Shown: piece by piece, positions 38,939-49,400 of the stretch | Position numbering within the stretch: the stretch's first letter is position 1 | Layout: every line of letters starts with the position of its first letter | Source of the DNA: Limnochordia bacterium | Lineage (GTDB): Bacteria; Bacillota; Limnochordia; DTU080 | Length of the DNA stretch: 64,000 nt | Reading direction: 5' to 3' | Assembly: GCA_050951545.1 (NCBI GenBank) | Contig: JBMNJG010000007.1 | Span: 416,001-480,000 of the forward strand | Made by a program: the position numbers and the translations under genes | The notes under the pieces: model-generated | The model's input: the letters and a program-made list of their open reading frames with translations, nothing else | Database searches by the model: none | What the model was told of the DNA's origin: nothing

Positions 38939-40307
38939 AGCGATGCGGTCTTCGCGAAGCCCTTCTGCTCATTTTGATCGCCCGAAGGGCCTATTTCCCC
39001 GCCTAAGGGCACGCTTTCCCGCCTTGATTTCGGTTCTGGGGCTACCGGGCAGCACATAACCGAACGGTAGTGACTGCCTTTTTCCACTCAGCCGATTGGG
39101 GTCAGCTCCCCAGTGCGCGATCACAGCGGGCTCGCTCGGGTCCCTCTGCGAACCGACCCTTCAGTGTTAACCCGGTCGGTGTATTTCGAGAAAGGTGGAC
39201 AGATGCAATGGACGCGCTCGGGAAACAGGCTCTGCAGTCAGACACCAGCCGGATTGGTATGTGAGGCCGGGCTAAGGATGTGGCCGCGATGGCAAGAGAG
39301 CCGCCCCATCAACCCCCGGGGCCAATGTACGTGGTAAAAGTGCAGCGATGCGGTCTTCGCGAAGCCCTTTTTGCTCATTTTGACCGCCTGAAGGGCTCTT
39401 TTCCCCGCAAGAGCACGCTTTCCCGCCTTGATTTCGCTTCTGGGGCTACCGGGCAGCACATAACCCGACGGTAGTGACGGCCTTTTCCCACTCAGCCGAT
39501 TGGATCAGCTCTCCAGTGCGCGATCACAGCGGGCTCGCTCGGGTCCCTCTGCGGACCGACCCTTCGGTGTTGCCCCGGTCGGTGCATTCGAACAGAATGG
39601 ACGGACACCATGCACACGCTTGCGAGACTGGCTCGGCAGTCGGACACCAGCCGGATTGGTATGTGAGGCCCGGCTAAGGATGTGGCCGCGATGGCAAGAG
39701 AGCCGCCCTATTTACCCCCGGAGCAGGTGTGGGTGGTAAAAGTGCAGCGATGCGGCCTTCGCGAAGCCCTTTTGGCTGGTCTGGACGGCCTGAAGGGCCC
39801 TTTTCCCCCCAAAAGAGCGCGCTTTCCCGCCCTGGTGGCCCCTCTGGAGCTACCGCGCAGCACATAACCCGACGCAATTGATAGCCTTTTCCCACTCAGT
39901 CGATGGGGTCAGCTCCCCAGTGCGCGATCACAGCTGGCTCGCTCGGGTCCCTCTGCGAACCGACCCTTCAGTGTTAACCCGGTCGGTGCATTTGGAAGAG
40001 AATGGACGGATCAATGGACACGCTCGCGAGACTGGCTCGGTAGTCAGACACCAGCCGGATTGGCATGCGAGTCGGGGCCAAGAATCCGACCGCGATGGCA
40101 AGAGAGCCCCTCATTAACCCCCGGGCCCAATGTACGTGGTAAAAGTGCAGCGATGCGGCCTTCGCGGAGCCCTTTTGGCTCATTTTGATCGCCCGAAGGG
40201 CTCATTTCCCCGCCCAAGGGCACGCTTTCCGGCCTTGATGCCTCTTCCGGAGCTGCCGGGCGGTACATAACCGAACAGTGGCGATACCTTTTTCCCACTC
40301 AGCCGAT
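38939..40307. repeat. tandem array of ~3.4 units of ~404 bp, same family as 15541-17957
   Basis: Anchors at 39091, 39495, 39899 and 40302 (spacing 404, 404, 403). Confidence 0.95.
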
Positions 40308-40464
40308 GATCCGAGGGTGAAATGCTAATCGACTCCCGGTGGCCACCGGGTCTTAGCTGGCAATGCGCGCGTTTTCGGCGAAAGCTGTGGAAGGATTCTG
40401 GTCTCACGTACCGAACATCCCATCGAGACAATCGAACACATGATCGTTGTGTGAGGTGAGGCCC

Positions 40465-41526
40465 TTGTACTCTCTCTATGTAGATGAGGTGAACGTGCCG
40501 CTCTCACTGCTACTGACTCGCGAGCTAAAGGCCAGCGAGAAGATCGTTTGGATGGCCTTAACGATGGATGATCAGCTGGAGGAAAGCTTCCTTTTCTCGC
40601 CCAGCCGCCTGGGGCGGCGCACGGGTATGTCCCGGCCTACCGTTCGCAGGGCGACAGCCAAGTTAACCACCGAGGGCTGGTTTGCTCCACCGGCTAGGCG
40701 GGGTCCTAGCCAGACCGCGGCACAGAAGCCATCCCCGGATAGGGTCTCCGTGCCTGTGGAGCTAGTCATGGCTACTGAAATCCATGCACAGGCCAAATTG
40801 GTTTATGCCCTACTGCTGTCCAAACCTACGGATCCACCTCGCAAAAGGCAGTTCACATACGCTGAGTTAGCCGGCCGGATGAGTCTGAGCCCCCAAACCA
40901 TCAAACACGCGGCTCGTCAGTTGGCCAAGCATGGTTGGCTGGAGATGGAGCAGGCGCACAAGCGGGCACCGATTCGCTTCACTCTCCACAACCCGGTTGA
41001 TAAGCGAAATGTAAAAGAAATACTAGACGTGCAGGATGAGCTCCACCGCGCTACGCACCTCGGAGAGGCTCTCATGCAGGCTATCTTCTTGGCGCTTGTC
41101 GATTGCCTTGACTTCGACGACGGAATGCGCCCAGGTTTCATGAGGAACCCAGCAACTGGCAAGCGTCTGGAGGTCGATCTCTTCTATTACTTGCACAATA
41201 CGGCCATGGAGTTCAATGGGGCGCAACACTACCGCGTCACGGAGCGGAATTCGGCTGAGCAGGTCCATAAGCAGCAATGCCGTGACCAGACCAAACAGCA
41301 GATCTGCGCTAAGAAGAAGATCAAGCTGATCGTGATTCAGACTCACGAGCTGTCCTGCAAGATCATCAAGCGCAAGATTCACAGGCGGCTGCCATTCCGG
41401 CGCGGTCAGGACTTCAACCGGAAGCTCATCAACTATCTCGAGTGTAGATGCGGTGAGTACCAGCAAAGAATAGATGAACGTGGCTGGGGAACCGCCAGCC
41501 AATCTGAGAGAAAGCAAGACGAGTAA
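40465..41526 (+). CDS. tandem winged-HTH + Vsr/DUF559-like nuclease (second copy)
   Basis: Only 6 aa differences from 18114-19175 (by-eye comparison). Confidence 0.8.
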   Translation: MYSLYVDEVNVPLSLLLTRELKASEKIVWMALTMDDQLEESFLFSPSRLGRRTGMSRPTVRRATAKLTTEGWFAPPARRGPSQTAAQKPSPDRVSVPVELVMATEIHAQAKLVYALLLSKPTDPPRKRQFTYAELAGRMSLSPQTIKHAARQLAKHGWLEMEQAHKRAPIRFTLHNPVDKRNVKEILDVQDELHRATHLGEALMQAIFLALVDCLDFDDGMRPGFMRNPATGKRLEVDLFYYLHNTAMEFNGAQHYRVTERNSAEQVHKQQCRDQTKQQICAKKKIKLIVIQTHELSCKIIKRKIHRRLPFRRGQDFNRKLINYLECRCGEYQQRIDERGWGTASQSERKQDE

Positions 41527-41713
41527 TCACCCTGGGTCACCTTGTCCGTTTCGTCAGGGCTCGCATCAGCCGTGCAGCCAATGTTGATGCGCGTCCACCC
41601 GCCGCTGGCGATCAGGGCAACACGTCTGCACTGATCTTCACTCAGACGGCACCGTGACATAACCAGCAGTTGACCGCCATGTCTCGTGTGCACTCCCAAT
41701 CCCCCTATCGACG

Positions 41714-42150
41714 GGGTCCACGCAAAAAATAGCGGAAAGTAAGTGCCGAACGTAGATTCCCAACAAGGAGTTTATGGGGCAAATGGAAAAAGAGATCTCT
41801 GACAACCATCCGCGGGCTCACGTCCGCAGAAGGAGAGATCTCTTTAACTACCAGTATAGTATATCCGGCCGAAACCATCAGCACTCAAGAGGCACCTTCG
41901 CAGGAGGAGATGAACCCTTTATCCGAGGCTGGAGGCCGCTGGCTACCCCATTGGCAGCGGATGCGTAGAAAGCGCCTGTAAGCAGGTTGTTGTTAGGCGC
42001 CACGAGCAATCGCGTTGGAGCCAACTTGGGGCACAGCAGATGCTAAACGTTGCAGCATACTCCCACGGTGAACAGTGGGACGATTTCTGGGAGAGGCTGG
42101 AGGCCGCATGATTAGGAACGGGTGTTCGCCGCGATTTCACGTGTGCACCC
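41714..42150 (+). mobile_element. 437-bp internally deleted ISKra4/ISLre2-type IS (MITE-like)
   Basis: IRL GGGTCCACGCAAAAAATAGCGG; AGGAGGAG + ATG AAC joined directly to C-terminal YPRLEAAGYPIGSGCVESACKQ; IRR rc GGGTGCACACGTGAAATCGCGG (16/22 to IRL). Confidence 0.8.
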
Positions 42151-42270
42151 ACCATACGGAGTTTCAGTGGAGGACGATCCGCGCCAGGCACTCAGCTCCA
42201 TGTGTTTGCAGGCATCTGGGTCGCGGCGACTAAGATGTGCATGGACCTGGTGACATGGAGGCTGGATCAG

Positions 42271-45147
42271 ATGCTAACGGTTGACATGGTGCATAGGACT
42301 GACGTGCTGGTGTGCGGTGCCACCAGTGGCGCGGTGGCGGCGGCGCTGGCGGCTAAGAAACAGGGCGTTTCGGTGATGGTGGTTTCGGATCGCTCGTACT
42401 TTGGCGAGGAGACGGCGGGCGCGATGCGACTGTGGCAACATGGCCGCTCCGACGACCCCTTATACCGGGGGATCTTTGGCGAGGGCGGGCCTGTGCAACC
42501 CCCGACGCCCGGTCATGTGAAACGCATTTTGGACACGGCGTTGCTCAGGGCGGAAATCCCGTTCCTCTTTGAAAGTCGGCCAGTCTTTCTGCTGCGGGAT
42601 GAGGATGGGCAGGTTGCGGGCGTTGTCTTGGCTTCGCGTACGGCGCTGTACGGAGTGCGCTGTCGTGCTGCGGTGGACGCCAGCCGAACAGGGGTGCTTA
42701 CGCGTGTAGCTGGTCTGCCTCTAAGGCGCGTGAAGGTGCCAGCGGTACGTGAGCTCGTAGTGGTAGGTGCCACTCCACCAGAGGGGAGCCCGTTCACTTG
42801 GCAGGAGGCGGAGTCTCCTTTTTCGGTCACGAGCGACGACAAGACGAGACTATTCCCAGCGTATCGGTTACGCCTGCCGTTGTCGCAGGCGCGTGACTCA
42901 CTTACTCTCCAATTGTCTGCGGACCATGGGGATCGGGCACGAGCGCACTATCCTGGCATTCTCTACAGCGCCGACACATTCACTGATGCGCTTGACGAAC
43001 GCCTGGGAGTGGAGGCTGACTTGAGGAACGACCTGCATCTGCTCGCAGACCACGAACTCGTCCATCTGAATGGAAGGCTCATCGTCGCCAACGCCTTGCT
43101 GCCGCTCAGTGCAAGCGGTGCGTCGTGTCTAGACGATCTAGCTGGACAGTTGGCTTTGGGACACCGAGCGGGGCTATTGGCTTCTGAGTACGCGGCTGGC
43201 CTTCCGGTTGTTGAAGGCCCATTGGCGTGCCATGCAGGTGCACAGGGGCGGACGGACGGCCTGAGGTTCGCAGAGCGACTCAGGCGGCCCCGAGAGGGCA
43301 CAGAAGCTGAGCAGGTAGGCATTCATGGCGTACCAGTCTTTGATGCCTGTGATGTGTTGGTGGCTGGTGGGGGCACGGCAGGAGCACCTGCAGGCATAGG
43401 GGCGGCTCGTTCCGGCGCCCGCACGGTGGTCCTGGAACGGCTGCATGGTCTGGGTGGCGTGGGAACCTTGGGGCTGATCACCCACTACTGGTATGGAAAT
43501 CGAGTCGGGTTCACTGCGGAGATGGACGCCGGGGTTGAGGCGTGCGCCAAGGAGGCGCCGGAGCGGCCGGGGCGCTGGAATCCGGAAGAGAAGATGGGCT
43601 GGTACCTGCGAGCATTGCGTGATGCCGGGGCCAGCGCATGGCTCGGTAGTTTCGCGTTTGGTGCGGAAATGGACGGATCACAGGTGACGGGCGTCTTGGT
43701 CTCGACGCCCTATGGCACGGGGATGGTGCGCGCCGGGGCAGTTGTGGATGCCACTGGCAACGCAGACGTTGCCGCGGCGGCGGGGGCACCGTGCCGTGTG
43801 ATCGACCATCGCCATGTGGCTGTTCAGGGAGCAGGGCTTTCGTCTCGTCGGCCGGGCATCTACTACCGGAATTCGGACCACGCATTCATTGACGACACCG
43901 ATGCGTTGGGGGTAACGCACGCCTATGTGAATGCCCGGGCCAAGTTCGCGCAGGAGTTTGACGTAGCAGTGATAGTCGGCAGTCGCGAGCGACGGCAGGT
44001 CATCGGTGAGCACGAGATCTCGCCTCTGGACCTGCTAGCCAAGCGGACGTATCCTGACACCATCGTCATTGCTCGGAGCAATTTCGATACTCACGGATAC
44101 ACTGTGCATCCGGTTTTCATGGTCGTGCCGCCAGATCAACAAGCACTTATGGCACACGTACCCTTCCGGTGTCTCGTGCCGCAGGGCGTCGACAGGGTTC
44201 TCGTAACTGGTCTGGGTGTGAGTGCACATCGAGATGCTCTGCCCGTCATTCGCATGCAACCAGATGTGCAGAATCAAGGTTACGCTGCGGGCCTGGCGGC
44301 AAGCATGGCTGCCAAAGCACGATCCGGCTTCCAGAATATCGATGTACGGAAGCTGCAAAAGGAACTGGTCGATGAGGGTATTCTGGATGCGGAGGTGCTT
44401 AGGCATACTGACTCGTTCCCGCTTGCTGCGGAAGTAGTAAGGGAGGCTGCGGTGCGTGGGCCCTCTGATCTTTTCACGGCAGCGATCATCATGGGCTACC
44501 CTGAGGTGAGCACGCCGATTCTCTTGGAGATACTGCAGCGCGGCGCTGATGAGAAGCAGAGGGAAGACGCTGCGCTCATTCTTGGGCTGAGCGGGCGAGT
44601 GGAGGCCGTGGCATCGCTCGTGGAGATGATTGACTCGCGGGAGTGGGATGAGGGCTGGGATTACACAGGCATGGGGCAGTTCGGTCGGAGCATGAGTCGC
44701 CTGGACGCCCTCATCATCGCGCTGGGCAAGACAGGCGACCCTGCTGCCATCTCGACCATCCTGCGCAAGATCCAGACCCTCGATGAAAGAAGCGCGTTTT
44801 CGCATTGTCGTGCCGTTTCCGTGGCTGCTAGTGCATTCACAAACTCCGGACTTGCCGAGGCACTATATGCTCTCCTGCAAAAGCCGGGGATGCAGGGGCA
44901 CGCGCATCTGCGGACAGCGCAGGTCATTGCCGATGTCAATGACAGTCCCGTGGAAACAGAGGCCCGTAATCAGTCTCTCAAGGAGTTGGTTCTAGGACGG
45001 GGGCTCTATCTCTGTGGCGATCACGAGGGTCTAGGGCGCCACATTCTTGAGACTTATGCTGATGATCTGCGCGGTCACTACGCCCGCCATGCACAGGCGA
45101 TTTTGGGACACGCTGATCTGGAGTCACTACGGGCAGAAGTGATGTGA
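42271..45147 (+). CDS. duplicated FAD-dependent oxidoreductase with C-terminal HEAT-like repeats
   Basis: Two DVLV.G...G..AA FAD motifs, VDATGNAD, RERRQVIG, VPFRCLVP, IRMQP. Confidence 0.85.
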   Translation: MLTVDMVHRTDVLVCGATSGAVAAALAAKKQGVSVMVVSDRSYFGEETAGAMRLWQHGRSDDPLYRGIFGEGGPVQPPTPGHVKRILDTALLRAEIPFLFESRPVFLLRDEDGQVAGVVLASRTALYGVRCRAAVDASRTGVLTRVAGLPLRRVKVPAVRELVVVGATPPEGSPFTWQEAESPFSVTSDDKTRLFPAYRLRLPLSQARDSLTLQLSADHGDRARAHYPGILYSADTFTDALDERLGVEADLRNDLHLLADHELVHLNGRLIVANALLPLSASGASCLDDLAGQLALGHRAGLLASEYAAGLPVVEGPLACHAGAQGRTDGLRFAERLRRPREGTEAEQVGIHGVPVFDACDVLVAGGGTAGAPAGIGAARSGARTVVLERLHGLGGVGTLGLITHYWYGNRVGFTAEMDAGVEACAKEAPERPGRWNPEEKMGWYLRALRDAGASAWLGSFAFGAEMDGSQVTGVLVSTPYGTGMVRAGAVVDATGNADVAAAAGAPCRVIDHRHVAVQGAGLSSRRPGIYYRNSDHAFIDDTDALGVTHAYVNARAKFAQEFDVAVIVGSRERRQVIGEHEISPLDLLAKRTYPDTIVIARSNFDTHGYTVHPVFMVVPPDQQALMAHVPFRCLVPQGVDRVLVTGLGVSAHRDALPVIRMQPDVQNQGYAAGLAASMAAKARSGFQNIDVRKLQKELVDEGILDAEVLRHTDSFPLAAEVVREAAVRGPSDLFTAAIIMGYPEVSTPILLEILQRGADEKQREDAALILGLSGRVEAVASLVEMIDSREWDEGWDYTGMGQFGRSMSRLDALIIALGKTGDPAAISTILRKIQTLDERSAFSHCRAVSVAASAFTNSGLAEALYALLQKPGMQGHAHLRTAQVIADVNDSPVETEARNQSLKELVLGRGLYLCGDHEGLGRHILETYADDLRGHYARHAQAILGHADLESLRAEVM

Positions 45148-45291
45148 GCTAGCGGGAACCTATTCCGTATACCAATGTCATTAGCGCGAAAATGCTAAGT
45201 AATTGTGCTGCACGAGTGCTAAGGTAGACAAGGCTGGTAGGGTTTTGCCTATGCGTTTGCGTACCGATCGGGAGGTGAGCCTCGTAAGCAG

Positions 45292-46458
45292 GTGGTTGAA
45301 ACGTGGATTCGGGAGTTTGAACGCTCCCATCCTCATGTGCGTATCGAATGGCTTCCGGTAGGCGAAGAAAAGGTTGTTGTGTCGATGTTGGGTGGTGTGG
45401 GACCCGATGTGACCGAGGTGTTTGGCGATTTCGCTCAACGGTTGGCCCGCGCGGGGTTGCTCCTGGATCTAAGACCGTTTGTGAAAAGGGACTTCGGTGC
45501 CCAGGAGATTGCGGATTTCTGGCCACCCGCCTGGGACGCTTCTTTCGTAAAATTCGGTTCACAGCAGGGCGTTCAGTTTCGTATCCCACGTTACATGCTT
45601 ACGACCGTCTTTTACTACAACGAAGACCTCTTCCGGCAGGGTGGTCTGGCCACCCCCGCTGAACTGGATGCTCGTGGCGCCTGGGATTGGGCAAGCCTGA
45701 GGAGCTCTGCAAAGAAGCTGACTCGGCGAACTGGCGACACGATCAGCACCTATGGGTTTGTGACTAACACCACTGCTTGGAGACGGATCGTCAACTGGGC
45801 CCGGGCTACTGGAGGCGACTTCTTCGATCCCCGTGATCCGACGCGCTTCATCGGCGATATGCCAGAAGCCGTGGAGGGCATCTCCTTTTTGCAGAACATG
45901 ATCTGGGAAGACCAGTGCATGGCTCCGGGCTGGGCACATTCATCTTTCTACCAGGGGAAGGTCGGCGTCGTAGAGGATGGTATTCATGCCATCATGGATC
46001 GGTTCGAGACCCGTATTCAACAAGCCTTTGCTTGGAACATCGTACCTACGCCCGTTGGACCAACAGGGCGCAATGCCTACACTGGTGACGATGGGTTTTC
46101 CATTTGGATTAACACTCAACATCCAGAGGAAGCGTGGAAGTTCGTGAAGTTCATGACCTCCAAGGATGGGCAAGATCTGATGATCCGGCATGAGGGGTTA
46201 GCCCCAGTGCGACAATCTGCGATGAGAAGCTACAGCGCGGTTCGTCCGCATCTGAACCTGTACTCTCTAGCACTAAACATGCAGCAGGCTGCACCGCCAA
46301 TTGCCAGCTACTTAGTCGGTGATGTGAGCCGTATCGGCGAAATCATGACTCAGGTACTGCAGACTTCATTGGTTGACAATGACAAGCCCTACGAACAGGC
46401 GGCTCGAGAGGCGAAGCCTGTTTTGGAGTCACTAATCCGAGAGTCAATGGGGCGATAG
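45292..46458 (+). CDS. sugar ABC substrate-binding protein lacking a signal peptide (possibly 5'-truncated)
   Basis: FERSHPHV, LLDLRPF, YYNEDLF, WDW, EEAWKFVKFM; in-frame stop at 45238-45240 precedes the mature region. Confidence 0.8.
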   Translation: MVETWIREFERSHPHVRIEWLPVGEEKVVVSMLGGVGPDVTEVFGDFAQRLARAGLLLDLRPFVKRDFGAQEIADFWPPAWDASFVKFGSQQGVQFRIPRYMLTTVFYYNEDLFRQGGLATPAELDARGAWDWASLRSSAKKLTRRTGDTISTYGFVTNTTAWRRIVNWARATGGDFFDPRDPTRFIGDMPEAVEGISFLQNMIWEDQCMAPGWAHSSFYQGKVGVVEDGIHAIMDRFETRIQQAFAWNIVPTPVGPTGRNAYTGDDGFSIWINTQHPEEAWKFVKFMTSKDGQDLMIRHEGLAPVRQSAMRSYSAVRPHLNLYSLALNMQQAAPPIASYLVGDVSRIGEIMTQVLQTSLVDNDKPYEQAAREAKPVLESLIRESMGR

Positions 46459-46460
46459 CG

Positions 46461-49400
46461 ATGTTACGTTCATCTTGGTGGCACAACGGGCTGTTCTTGG
46501 TACTCGTCGCCATGGGAACATTGACCATCACTATGGTTGGAGGGGCGCAGGGCCGTCTTCTATTCAGTGACGACTTTGCAGACGCCCCGGTGGGTGGTTT
46601 CCCACCGGGCTGGCGAATATCTGCACGCGGGGATTATCTACAAGTGGTGAATGACCCCACGGCGAAGGGGGGTCGAGCGGTTAGAATCTTGGGTGATCCC
46701 TCAAGAGCCAGCAGTATGGTAGTTGAGCTCTCCACCGAGGATCCTGTGATCGTCATAGAGCACTCGGTGCGTTGGGTGAAGAATTCAGGTCTAAACTACT
46801 ACGTTTACGGCCAGCCCAGCGGCAACAACGTGAACTGGTTTGTTGACCAGCGGGGACATCTAAACTACCGCTTCACTCAGAATGGCAAGGTGACAACAGC
46901 GCAGGCAGGGCTCCTGAATCCGGGATGGAATCGTGTGCGAGTACAGGCTGACTACGAGCGCAACGAGGTGTACTTGTACCTTAACGATCTTGAGATCCCT
47001 GCGTTAGGACCACTGCCTTTTCGCACCCCGGTCGATGACTGGAGAGTGATCCGACTGACTTTTTACGACACAGGCAGAAAGGCTAACGTATCCGAGCTCA
47101 CGGAATCCTACTACGACGATGTGCGGGTGTGGAGTCTGAGTCGTGAGGAGGTTGAGGGTGCGGACTCGGCAGAGCCCGTTCAGGCTATCTCCGCCCGGAG
47201 CACCATCTGGGCTGGCGATCTACCGCCCAGGGCTAAGGTGGTGCCCCCGCTCCCCAGTGAGCCACCTGAGGCGAGCGTAGAGCGGGTGCGTGTGCCGCTG
47301 ACCGTGACCGAGGACTCCGGGGTGCGGCGCATCGGACAACCCGTTAGCTCGGGAATACCCTTACCGCGTGGTCAACTCTGGGACGATGCAGGCTTGCGAC
47401 TGCTCAATGCAGACGGTGTGGAAGTGCCACTGCAGACTGAGGTCTTGGCCCGTTGGCCTGATGACAGCATTCGATGGGTTTTGCTCATTTTTCAAGCGGA
47501 TCTGTTGCCTCGGGAGCGGGCTCGGTTTAATGCGGAGTACGGTAGTGCTGTCGAAAGAGCTCAGCGGAGGGGTCTCCAGCTCCATAGAGATGGGAATTCG
47601 CTGCAAGTAGCAGCGGGAGCACTCAAGTGGAGCCTCCCTTCCGAGGGCGTCACCGCGGCAGTGGATCGGGCGGGTGAGGAGTGGCGCTGGGTTGGGGTAC
47701 CGACGCTGACAGCTCGGGACAAGGATGGTTTTGTCTACATTAGCGCGGGCACTAGCTATGCAGTAGACGTCGAAGAGGACGGCCCGCAACGAGCAGTAGT
47801 GCGTATCAGGGGGGAGCTTCGTGCAGAAAGCCCCGGGGCCCCGGGACTCTTCGCTTTCGAGTACCGCCTTTTCTTCTTCCGGGATCGGGCCGTCGTCCGC
47901 ATAGATCCAGTCCTGACAAACCTCATGGCTCATGCAGGTGCAGGGTCGGAGGTCATTGAGCTGCATGAAGTCTCTTTGGTTTTCCCCAAGTGGTTGTCTG
48001 GTCAGGATGCTCTGGCTTACGAGTTGGGCCTCCTGTCTCCTTCTGACGCGGGAGCACAGCATCTGATCGGAATGGCTTCTGAAGCTACTTCGGGGGTACC
48101 TGAGAGAATCACCGGAAAGACGTTCGGAGGATTTCGCTTGGCGCAAGAGGATGTGGGGCTCTTGCGCATGGCGGATCAGCCCGAAGATATTATGCTCTCC
48201 AAGCGAAGCAGCGGTTGGATCCATTTCACACGTGGCGAGCGGCAGGTCGGTGTGGGGGTTCGCCATTTCTGGGAGCAGTTTTCGAAGGGTTTTGAGGTAA
48301 CCCCGGCCGGCGATCTTTGCATTCATCTCTGGGTGGATGGGTCACTCACTATGCGCGGCGGCGAGGCGAAGCGCCACGAGGTGTATGTCTCTCTCGAAGA
48401 TGAACCCAACATGGCAGCCTGGCTGCAGCCTCTGATGGCTGTCGCTTCTCCGGAGTGGTACTCAGACACTGAAGGAATGGGTCAGCCGATTTTCGTCTAT
48501 GATCCGGAGCTACTACCGCTGCTGGATCCGAGTGTCGCGGCCTACGAGGAGTTTGTGCAGGAGGGTTTCGTCCAGCTTCTTCGCAACAGAGAGGTCCTGA
48601 AGGAGTACGGTTGGCGACATTTCGGAGATTGGTCCACCACGTGGGATCCTGACGGCTGGGGAAACATTGAGTGCGACTTGGCCCGTGCATTCTTCCTTCA
48701 GTTTGCCAGAACTGGTGAGTTGGAGTACCTGCGGTTTGCAGAGACCGCGGCCCGGCATTGGATGGATCTGGACATCATCTGGGCTGCTGACACCCTATCG
48801 TGGCTAGGTGGTGGGATTGAGCATTCGACAGCCCATCGCTCCAAGACTGTGGATACGGGACACACGTGGTTGCAGGGTCTGGTGGACTACTACTTGTTCA
48901 CCGGGGATCGTCGTAGCCTGGAGGCGGCCCTGTTGACTGGAGATTGGTTCGCGCGCATGGCTCTGGAGCGACCAGCGAGCGGGCCTCGCCTTCACAACCG
49001 TCCAGGCGCGCGCCGTCCAGGCTGGGCATTGATCGCTCTAATGCGCTTGGCGCATCTAGGTGACCCCTATTACTTGGAGGCTGCCCAAGCCTTAGTACAG
49101 ATCATGGCCGAGGAACAGACCGCAGATGGCCAGTGGACGTATGGGATCCCTGAGGCGGAACTGCCAGGTGAGGGGCGCCCTCAGCTAACCAAGGGGTTTA
49201 TGACAGCTTTGACTCTCAAGGGCTTGGTTGATTATGAGCGCTTTACTGGCGATCCCTTGGCCGCGGATCTCCTAGTCAAAGGGACGCGTTTTCTTGTGGA
49301 TGAAATGTGGGATTACGACGTAGGAGGGTTCCAATACATACATCATCCTAAGTTCCCGCCGTCTGTGGGATCAGGGACCTTTCTGTTTCTTGACAGCTTA

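Larger units (their letters stand above)
38878..42150 (+). mobile_element. copy 2: composite non-autonomous p-MULT-type transposon (array + nuclease unit 38878-41695, mini-IS 41714-42150)
   Basis: 9-bp direct repeat ACCATACGG at 38869-38877 and 42151-42159; four related 22-bp imperfect IRs at 38878, 41674-41695, 41714 and 42129-42150. Confidence 0.85.

Noticed and set aside
38878-38940. Repeat unit as a reiterated copy of the left inverted repeat
   Set aside because: The resemblance (GGCCGCG..CAAAGA, GGTGGTA-N7-AGCGATGCGG) is too weak to call by eye and needs a formal alignment.
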